Under the pieces are notes generated by a model that was given only the letters and a program-made list of their open reading frames with translations, was not told the origin of the DNA and ran no database searches. The position numbers were made by a program, and so were the translations under genes. 20,000 nucleotides of DNA from the sequence record DRR378314_799; one strand, given 5' to 3'. The first letter of the stretch is position 1, and each line of letters starts with the position of its first letter. Positions 1 to 6,224 of the stretch are shown here, in pieces.

Positions 1-570
1 CTTCACAAAGTTCATGGGTTCATCCGGGTCAATTTGCTCTGGTTCTGACATTAAGGTGTTTTGCTGATCGGTTTTAGCTGTGTGAAAATCCATGCGATTG
101 CGTTGCTGCGAGCTAATTGCACCGGCCTCAAACAACTGATTTGCAAGCTTACTCATGTCGTTAGGTGATATGTCCCGTGGGTTAAAGTCCTCGGTTATAA
201 TTTTTTGAATATCGCCAGGACTAACGGGTTGTTTACCGTCATTGCCGCCTTCAGCCTGGCGGCGCATAGCATCTTCAAAAAGCTGGTCTCGGGCTGACAT
301 TAAGCTTTCAAGTTTGTCCTTTTCTTCTTTGTTCAGGTTTTCTTTACTTTCCAGCTCTTCTATTTTCTGCTCAATTTCTTCGAGCTTTTCGGTATCAACA
401 CCCATGCGGTTCAGCAGCATGCTGCGATAAGCTTTGTCTATTAATGTCTCTTTCTCTTCTTGTGTTTTTTTCTGTTCAGCCTTGTTATCAAGTGGTTCTT
501 GATTCGTTTCACTCTTAGTCATTGCAGGTGTTGACTGGCTTACGCTGTTGATTAATGAGTTAATGTTCAT
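1..570 (-). CDS. Hypothetical protein, partial (runs off the left edge; >=190 aa), charged coiled-coil-like middle region
   Basis: Not in the ORF track because there is no stop in the window. Manual translation from ATG at 570 is open to base 1: MNINSLINSVSQSTPAMTKSETNQEPLDNKAEQKK...AYRSMLLNRMGVDTEKLEEIEQKIEELE...DFNPRDISPNDMSKLANQLFEAGAIS... A GGAGG ribosome-binding site lies just upstream. Confidence 0.85.
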   Translation of the reverse strand, partial: MNINSLINSVSQSTPAMTKSETNQEPLDNKAEQKKTQEEKETLIDKAYRSMLLNRMGVDTEKLEEIEQKIEELESKENLNKEEKDKLESLMSARDQLFEDAMRRQAEGGNDGKQPVSPGDIQKIITEDFNPRDISPNDMSKLANQLFEAGAISSQQRNRMDFHTAKTDQQNTLMSEPEQIDPDEPMNFVK

Positions 571-663
571 GATTCCTCCATACCAAAAGTTGCCTGCCGG
601 GTGGCAAAAGCTTGCCTGTTTAGCGCATTATTTATGCGTTAACGGTGCTTTTGGATAAGAAAC

Positions 664-679
664 AGCAAGAGGTGTGCCA
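664..679 (-). promoter_or_regulatory. sigma54 (RpoN) -24/-12 promoter
   Basis: Minus strand reads TGGCAC-ACCTC-TTGCT, an exact match to TGGCAC-N5-TTGCW, about 95 nt upstream of the 570 start codon. Confidence 0.75.
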
Positions 680-686
680 TTAAACT

Positions 687-727
687 TATGGTTGTCAATT
701 GACAACCATAGGGTTGAGCTCTATTCT
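687..727 (+). promoter_or_regulatory. sigma70 promoter with a perfect 24-bp palindromic operator over the -35
   Basis: TTGACA (699-704)-N17-TATTCT (722-727). The palindrome TATGGTTGTCAATTGACAACCATA spans 687-710. Confidence 0.8.
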
Positions 728-761
728 TCTGTTACTGAGATGATTAAAGGAGATGACGACA

Positions 762-1250
762 ATGAATGAATATGACTTTACGTTGAAGTTTGTCATCCCT
801 AAAGACTTGAAAACCGATGATCTTAGCAGCCAGATTTTTGCCGGCGGATGTGATGATGCAATTATTGGCGTGGGAGTTGCGGGTCGATTGGCGTTAAATT
901 TTGTACGTGAATCAAGTAATGCAACAGAGGCAATTCGCTCTGCGTTATCTGATATTCGAAAAGTAATCCCTCAGGCTAAGCTGGTTGAAATAGGTCCGGA
1001 TTTGGTTGGCTTGTCAGACGCTGGCGAGCAACTCAATATGAGCCGGCAATATCTGAGAAAAGTACGGGATCAGGAATTGGAAACGTTTCCTCTACCGGTG
1101 CATGAGGGCAACCCGTCACTTTGGCATTTATGCCACCTGCTTGAATATTTCCGTCAGGAAAAGCTACGCGATATTCCAGAATGTAAAATTGAACTAGCGA
1201 AAGCCGCTATGACACTTAATTACGAACAACAGAAGCAGCGGGTTTATTGA
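762..1250 (+). CDS. DNA-binding protein, antitoxin-like (putative HicB-like N-terminal domain plus AlpA-like HTH)
   Basis: Family motifs EYDFTLKF, GCDDAIIG..GRLALNF.RE, PDLVGLSD..EQLNMSRQYLRK (HTH), FPLPVHEGNPSLWHL. Start placed at ATG 762 because GGAG (749-752) directly abuts ATG 753. Confidence 0.7.
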   Translation: MNEYDFTLKFVIPKDLKTDDLSSQIFAGGCDDAIIGVGVAGRLALNFVRESSNATEAIRSALSDIRKVIPQAKLVEIGPDLVGLSDAGEQLNMSRQYLRKVRDQELETFPLPVHEGNPSLWHLCHLLEYFRQEKLRDIPECKIELAKAAMTLNYEQQKQRVY

Positions 1251-1271
1251 GGTTTTAAAGCCGCCGACCCC

Positions 1272-1595
1272 TCAAGCCTGCTGATAAGGCTTAGCGTGAG
1301 GTTTCAAGCGCTTTACGTTTTCAGCTTCTTGTTCGTATGCCCGGTGGCGTACGTCCCAGATTTCGACGGCGTGCTGAATGTTCAACCAGAACTCCGGGGT
1401 GTTACCCAAAGCGGCAGCTAATTTAATAGCCATAGGTGCGGTCAAGGCTCCTTTGTCATGAACAATTCGGCTGAGCGTGTTTCTGTGTACTCTCATGGCA
1501 TCAGCGAGCTCTTTTATTTCAATGTTCATCGGTTCAAGAAACTCGGTTATTAGCATCTGGCCAACGGATACCGGGCGACGTTTTGTATCTCTCAT
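1272..1595 (-). CDS. higA: HigA-family antitoxin (Xre HTH)
   Basis: RRPVSVGQML..EFLEPM, LADAMRVHRNTLS, TAPMAIKLAAALGNTPEFWLNIQ; closely resembles Vibrio cholerae HigA-1 as recalled. Lies downstream of its toxin. Confidence 0.93.
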   Translation of the reverse strand: MRDTKRRPVSVGQMLITEFLEPMNIEIKELADAMRVHRNTLSRIVHDKGALTAPMAIKLAAALGNTPEFWLNIQHAVEIWDVRHRAYEQEAENVKRLKPHAKPYQQA

Positions 1596-1606
1596 AATTA
1601 TCCTTT

Positions 1607-1900
1607 TTAACTTTGGTAAACGTGTGGATCCAGGTATGTATCTTGGGCGATACCGTCTTCCCAGTGGAAAATAAGTCGATACTGTTTGTTAACCCGGATA
1701 GAACAATACCCCGAAAGTTTTCCTTTTAAATATTCGAAGCGATTACCTGGGGGAACCCTTAAATCTGACTCCTGCGTTGCAGCATCCAAAATTTCGAGCT
1801 TCCTGAAGAGCGCTCCTTTGATGATCTTCGGTATTTTCTTGTGGCTGATATCATCTTCGTAGAATCGTTCTAGCCAATCGTCCCTGAATGTAACGGCCAT
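1607..1900 (-). CDS. higB: HigB toxin (RelE-superfamily mRNA interferase)
   Basis: F.D.WLE.FYEDD, LFRKLEILDAA, DLRVPPGNRFE.L.G.L.G..SIRVNKQYRLIF.W, YLDPH; toxin-first gene order typical of higBA. Confidence 0.93.
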   Translation of the reverse strand: MAVTFRDDWLERFYEDDISHKKIPKIIKGALFRKLEILDAATQESDLRVPPGNRFEYLKGKLSGYCSIRVNKQYRLIFHWEDGIAQDTYLDPHVYQS

Positions 1901-1923
1901 GGTTTACTGATCACTTTGTATTC

Positions 1924-1952
1924 ATTCTATGCACAACAGTGTTGTGCGTCAA
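1924..1952 (-). promoter_or_regulatory. higBA sigma70 promoter with an inverted-repeat operator in the spacer
   Basis: Minus strand TTGACG-N17-TAGAAT. The inverted repeat GCACAACA-G-TGTTGTGC (1931-1947) fills the spacer. Confidence 0.8.
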
Positions 1953-2102
1953 GTTGGTGTATTTATACTAAATTTGAGTTCTTAAACTATCAATTGGTAA
2001 GGCATTGATATAAATGTCTTACATTGGCGGTATTAAAACTGGGCAAACCCGCAAAAATTTGTTTTGCTGTGGTTATAGGAAACCAAAAACGAATGGACTG
2101 AT

Positions 2103-3383
2103 ATGCACCAACGCCGCTCAGGGAAAACCACGACCTTTAATGCCGCTACGCCAGACAGCGATGCCCAGCGCGACAGGGCGCGTATTATTCACTCGTCGGC
2201 GTTTCGTCGCTTGCAGGCAAAAACTCAGGTGCTGGGTGTGGGCGAGAGTGACTTTTACCGCACACGCTTAACGCATTCTATGGAAGTGGCTCAGATTGGT
2301 TCGGGCATTTGTGAGAAGTTAAAGCAAAAGTATGCAGAGAACGACGCTACTTCGACGCATATCCCGTCTTATTTTCAAATTGAGGCCATTTGTCTGGCGC
2401 ATGATATTGGTCACCCGCCGTTCGGGCACGGTGGCGAAGTGGCGCTGAACTACCACATGCACAGCAGCGGTGGTTTTGAAGGTAATGGGCAGACCCTGCG
2501 TATTATCTCAAAGCTGGGTGAGTATTCCGACCACGACGGTTTGGATTTAACTCGTCGCACTTTACTCGGTGTGCTTAAGTATCCGGTGCTGCATAGCGAA
2601 GTTAGTACTCCCTCACTGTCTGATGAAAAGCACTTAAGTGCTTTTAAACCGCCCAAATCTATTCATGACGACGAACAGGATGTGCTGGACTGGATACTGG
2701 AACCGCTGACTCCCAACGACAAAGCGACCTTTCGCTCCACTAAAATGAAAGAGGGTAAAACCAAAGCACAGTACAAAGCTTTTGATACCTCCATTATGGA
2801 GCTGGCCGACGACATATCGTACGGCGTGCACGATTTGGAAGACTCGCTGGCACTGAACCTGGTAACTGAAAAGCAGTGGCGCGAAGACGTACTCGCTGTT
2901 TTGGACGACAACAGCGTTATTATGCTGGAAGAGCGGTTTTATACCGAGGCGCTTTTTTCAGGCCAAAGCCGTGCGCGTAAGCACGCAATTAGTAAGCTTG
3001 TCGGGCATTTTGTGGATGCCATTGAAGTGAAAGAGCAGAACCGGTTTGAATCGCTCTGGTTAGATCTGCAGGCAAGCCTTCCTGAGAACATTGAACATAC
3101 TCTGCAAGTGTTGAAGGACTTTGTGTTTAAGCATGTTATTCGCAGCTCTTCGGTGCAGGTTCTGGAGTACAAAGGCCAGATGATGATCTTGAAGCTGTTT
3201 CAGGTACTGAGCGAAAACCCAGAGCAACTGCTGCCTGGCTCTACTTTGCAAAAATATAAAAACGCAGAAAACCCCAAGCGTGTTATTTGTGACTATATTT
3301 CGGGCATGACGGACAACTACGCGACCAAGCTTTACAGTAAACTGTTCAGCCCAGACACCGGCTCTGTATTTGATAAGGTTTAG
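2103..3383 (+). CDS. dgt: Deoxyguanosinetriphosphate triphosphohydrolase (HD-domain dGTPase), short type that includes anti-phage dGTPases
   Basis: RDRARIIHSSAFRRLQAKTQV, RTRLTHSMEVAQ, LAHDIGHPPFGHGGE, FEGNGQTLR, ADDISYGVHDLED, CDYISGMTD.YA; metal ligands appear intact. Confidence 0.92.
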   Translation: MHQRRSGKTTTFNAATPDSDAQRDRARIIHSSAFRRLQAKTQVLGVGESDFYRTRLTHSMEVAQIGSGICEKLKQKYAENDATSTHIPSYFQIEAICLAHDIGHPPFGHGGEVALNYHMHSSGGFEGNGQTLRIISKLGEYSDHDGLDLTRRTLLGVLKYPVLHSEVSTPSLSDEKHLSAFKPPKSIHDDEQDVLDWILEPLTPNDKATFRSTKMKEGKTKAQYKAFDTSIMELADDISYGVHDLEDSLALNLVTEKQWREDVLAVLDDNSVIMLEERFYTEALFSGQSRARKHAISKLVGHFVDAIEVKEQNRFESLWLDLQASLPENIEHTLQVLKDFVFKHVIRSSSVQVLEYKGQMMILKLFQVLSENPEQLLPGSTLQKYKNAENPKRVICDYISGMTDNYATKLYSKLFSPDTGSVFDKV

Positions 3384-3385
3384 TT

Positions 3386-4093
3386 ATGAATGTTTACATG
3401 ATGCTGTTACTGGCCTGGGGGGCGGGGCTTTCCGCCTTTTTAGGTGGTGTATTTGCCCGTTACGAAGGCATGCCCAAAACTACCGGAAAGCGTGAGTTTA
3501 TTCACGGCATTACCGCCTTTGGCGGTGGCATTTTAGTGTCCGCAGTCGCTTTTGCTCTGGTTCCTGAGGGAATGAAAGAATTGAATGCCTGGTCTCTCAC
3601 TTTGTTGTTTGCCAGCGGCGGTATTGTTTTTTGCTGCATTGATGCGTGGTTGGCTAAACAGGGTGGAAATGCCTCTCAATTTCTTGCCATGCTAATGGAC
3701 TTTGTTCCCGAGGCTTTATCGTTAGGTGCCGTTTTTGCCATCAGTCCAAATACAGGGCTGTTATTGGCCGTTTTCATTGGCGCGCAAAACTTTCCCGAGG
3801 GCTTTAATGCCTACCGTGAACTGAAGGCGGCGGGGCTCACCAAAAAAATGGCACTGGGCGGGCTATTTGCAGCCTCATTCTTCGGCCCTCTTGCAGCAAT
3901 TTCGGGCTATTTATGGTTGAGCGACACCCCGGCAATTACGGCTATGATCATGAGTTTCGCCGCTGGCGGTATCCTTTACTTAGTATTTCAGGATATTGCC
4001 CCACAAGCGAGAATGCGACGTCACTGGACGCCCTCACTCGGAGCTGTATTGGGCTTTATTATTGGCATGCTGAGTAAGCAGTTGCTGGGTTAG
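3386..4093 (+). CDS. ZIP (GufA/ZupT-like) family divalent metal transporter
   Basis: About 8 hydrophobic segments; AFGGGIL..AVAF.LVPEG, MDFVPEAL, QNFPEGF, FAAGGILY.V..DIAP. Starts 2 nt after the dgt stop. Confidence 0.85.
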   Translation: MNVYMMLLLAWGAGLSAFLGGVFARYEGMPKTTGKREFIHGITAFGGGILVSAVAFALVPEGMKELNAWSLTLLFASGGIVFCCIDAWLAKQGGNASQFLAMLMDFVPEALSLGAVFAISPNTGLLLAVFIGAQNFPEGFNAYRELKAAGLTKKMALGGLFAASFFGPLAAISGYLWLSDTPAITAMIMSFAAGGILYLVFQDIAPQARMRRHWTPSLGAVLGFIIGMLSKQLLG

Positions 4094-4695
4094 TCGTCCT
4101 GCTTGTAAGCAATAACATAAAAACTAACGGCTCCGTCGCTTAAAATTTTAGTTCCATAATGTTGCCCATAAAACTGAAGTTCATTGTTAGCTTTCATAAA
4201 GGAACGAAACTGTTCTTGGCTTGTAAATATACCCGTAACAACACACATCGTCAGCCGACATTCAGATTCTGCGTGTAACAGCCCTTTCTGGTTAGAAAGC
4301 AGGCTGGATAGCTTTTTTTCGCGGCTGATTCCCCACGAACTGATGCCATTTTGCGGTGCGAATCTCTCAACGCCACGGAGGTAATTACTGTTATCGGTAA
4401 AGTGCTTATTCTGTCCCTCAAAAAAACTCGGGTTTTCTGCAATAAGTTGCTCGCGTTTGAGCTCGTCTTCATTTGAAGTGTCGCCTGCAGGCTGAGGTGA
4501 CTCAACTGACTCGGCAGCTTGTTCGGCACTGGTCTCACTGTTGGATGTATCCAGTTGCGCGCTGGTTTTTGCTTTTGGAGCATCGGCATTTGCTGGTGCG
4601 GTTGGTGTTTTTAAGCCGTCCGTTGACTGGCGGCCAAGCCAAAAAGAGAAAGCAGCAACCAAAACAAATGCGCATGCTAATAAAATCCTTTTCAT
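4090..4695 (-). CDS. Hypothetical exported or membrane-anchored protein
   Basis: MKRILLACAFVLVAAFSFWLG N-terminal hydrophobic segment, an A/P/S/E-rich linker and a C-terminal domain with ECRLTMC. GAGG RBS before ATG 4695 (the ORF track starts at 4716). Confidence 0.7.
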   Translation of the reverse strand: MKRILLACAFVLVAAFSFWLGRQSTDGLKTPTAPANADAPKAKTSAQLDTSNSETSAEQAAESVESPQPAGDTSNEDELKREQLIAENPSFFEGQNKHFTDNSNYLRGVERFAPQNGISSWGISREKKLSSLLSNQKGLLHAESECRLTMCVVTGIFTSQEQFRSFMKANNELQFYGQHYGTKILSDGAVSFYVIAYKQDD

Positions 4696-4715
4696 AGTTA
4701 CCTCTAAAGTATTCA

Positions 4716-4787
4716 TGGACTAAATTTGGTCTTTATTTGGACTTCTGTTGGTTTTCACCTATAATTTTAAAAGTAACCTAGTCTAGG
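4716..4787 (+). promoter_or_regulatory. Promoter and candidate operator array of the Phd/ParE TA operon
   Basis: TATAAT at 4760-4765 with TTGGAC/TGGACT at 4737-4743. TGGWCT hexamers at 4716, 4727 and 4738 (11-bp period). Palindrome CCTAG-T-CTAGG at 4777-4787. Confidence 0.6.
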
Positions 4788-4797
4788 GGGTCAGACA

Positions 4798-5070
4798 ATG
4801 TATCAAACTAAACAGTCACGCATCACAACGGTTTCAGCATTTAAGAAAGAACTTTCCTCAATGAATGTTGAGGAGCCTGTTGTTGTTACCCAAAATGGGG
4901 AGCCACTCTATGTGGTTCAGGATCCAGCCCAGTATGAAATGCAGCAAGAACAAATGGCTTTTATGAAGCTAATGTCATTCGCGGAAAAAGATTTAAAAGC
5001 TGGACGTACCTTATCTTCAAATCAGCTTCGTTCTAATCTTGAGGAAGTGCTGACGAATGACGGCAATTAG
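4798..5070 (+). CDS. Phd/YefM-family antitoxin (PfiA-like)
   Basis: ITTVSAFKK...EPVVVTQNGEPLYVV...MAFMKLMSFAEKDLKAGR; overlaps the downstream toxin by 14 nt. Confidence 0.88.
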   Translation: MYQTKQSRITTVSAFKKELSSMNVEEPVVVTQNGEPLYVVQDPAQYEMQQEQMAFMKLMSFAEKDLKAGRTLSSNQLRSNLEEVLTNDGN

Positions 5071-5398
5071 CATTGAATATACCGAAACATTTGAACGTCA
5101 AGTTAGTGCATATAGCCAATATCTGGCGAGGTATATTGGTCAATCACAGGCAAGGGGGCTGATATTTAATTTTATAGATATGCTTGAGCAGAGGGTAATA
5201 CGCTATCCCGAGAGCAGCCCGCTTTGTGAAGAAGCGGCCAGCTTAGGTTTTACGAATTATCGTGACTTTATTCTCCCTGATCAGCAATTGAGAGCCATTT
5301 ATCGACTTGAAGAAGATAAAGCATATATGATGCTTTTTCTAAAATCCCGCCAGAGTATCAGAGAAGCGCTCCTGCAATATTGTTTGCGGGTTGAGTAA
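5057..5398 (+). CDS. RelE/ParE-family toxin (PfiT-like)
   Basis: IEYTETF, YPESSP..EEAASLGFTNYR, LRAIYR, LFLKSRQSIREALLQYCL; 113 aa and translationally coupled to a Phd antitoxin. Confidence 0.82.
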   Translation: MTAISIEYTETFERQVSAYSQYLARYIGQSQARGLIFNFIDMLEQRVIRYPESSPLCEEAASLGFTNYRDFILPDQQLRAIYRLEEDKAYMMLFLKSRQSIREALLQYCLRVE

Positions 5399-5421
5399 TT
5401 ACCTGAGAATAGATATTTCGG

Positions 5422-5871
5422 TCAACGATAGGCCGGAGTTGGCTCATTGATTGATGATTGCGGTGGTTGTTGCAGCCAGTTTTCGGTAATAAGCCCGGGA
5501 ACTCGCTCAAATTCTCCGGTGTTATTGGTAACAACCGTGAGTCCATGGCATCTGGCATGGCCAGCTATCATCTGATCATAGGGGCCAATAGGTGTGCCCT
5601 GCTGTTTCAGTTTGTGACGAATAAGTGCTGTGTGATAAGTCGCGTCAGTATCGTAATTTAGTATTTTTAAACGAGCCAAAAAGCTGTCGAGTTTGTCGGC
5701 ATTAGTTGTACGTTGCTGCGAGTTTTCGACACCATATTGAAGCTCCATTACGGTTACTGAACTGATGCAGAGCTCGCGCGAGTGTTCATCAAAAATAGGA
5801 GCTAAATATGCTGGTCTATTCTTCATGATATAGATGCAAATATTCGTATCGAGCATATAGCGCAAGTTCAT
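5422..5871 (-). CDS. vapC: VapC PIN-domain toxin (enteric tRNA-fMet endonuclease type) with a C-terminal extension
   Basis: YMLDTNICIY, CISSVTVMELQYG, GTPIGPYDQMIAGHA, VVTNNTGEFERVPGL..ENW; strongly resembles Salmonella/Shigella VapC. Confidence 0.95.
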   Translation of the reverse strand: MNLRYMLDTNICIYIMKNRPAYLAPIFDEHSRELCISSVTVMELQYGVENSQQRTTNADKLDSFLARLKILNYDTDATYHTALIRHKLKQQGTPIGPYDQMIAGHARCHGLTVVTNNTGEFERVPGLITENWLQQPPQSSINEPTPAYR

Positions 5872-6098
5872 AGCGAGTCGCGCTCCTGCTCCTCAGGCTG
5901 CTCGCGTTCAACCATAAAGTCATCGCTTGCGGGTTCGCCGTTAAACCAGGATGCCCAGCTTGTTTTGGCCGGGGTAATAATTCGGCTTTCACCAACCACT
6001 AAAACTTCCACCTCTTTAACGTCTTCGGAAAAGGCAACGTCTTTGGGTAATCGGACAGCTTGAGTTTTGTTACTTTTAAATAAGCTTGTTTTAGTCAT
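5868..6098 (-). CDS. vapB: VapB antitoxin (AbrB/SpoVT fold)
   Basis: LFKSNKTQAVRLPKDVAF..DVKEVEV..VGESRIITPA..SWASWF....SDDFM.EREQP..QER; ATGA overlap with vapC. Confidence 0.95.
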   Translation of the reverse strand: MTKTSLFKSNKTQAVRLPKDVAFSEDVKEVEVLVVGESRIITPAKTSWASWFNGEPASDDFMVEREQPEEQERDSL

Positions 6099-6108
6099 TG
6101 GTCTTCCT

Positions 6109-6159
6109 GTATATCCAAAATGGATATACCTATTTTAGTCTAAATTTTAATCTTGTCAA
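6109..6159 (-). promoter_or_regulatory. vapBC promoter and vapO-like operator
   Basis: Minus strand TTGACA (6159-6154)-N16-TAAAAT (6137-6132). Inverted repeat GTATATCCA-AAA-TGGATATAC (6109-6129) over the predicted start site. Confidence 0.8.
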
Positions 6160-6224
6160 AACCGTGATCACCCCCGCCTGTTTGAGTTATAATTCGCACA
6201 AATTTCAGCCGCGAAGAGAGAGTT

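Noticed and set aside
2041-2070. c-di-GMP-I riboswitch suggested by GGGCAAACC
   Set aside because: The GAAA-tetraloop stem and the following GACGCAAAG element are absent; only a small hairpin (GCAAAA-ATTTG-TTTTGC) is present.
2014-2271. 85-aa ORF or frameshifted N-terminal extension of the dGTPase
   Set aside because: It overlaps dgt out of frame and has no recognisable motif. dgt from 2103 already contains the first conserved motif, and an in-frame TAG lies at 2076-2078.
4798-5398. Filamentous prophage around the PfiAT-like pair
   Set aside because: No Zot-like ATPase, replication initiator, small coat genes, integrase or att-like repeats in the window.
753-6098. Integron cassette array explaining the TA cluster
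   Set aside because: Genes alternate in orientation, the gaps after the 3' ends are 21-23 nt or overlapping, and I found no RYYYAAC...GTTRRRY attC structures or intI.
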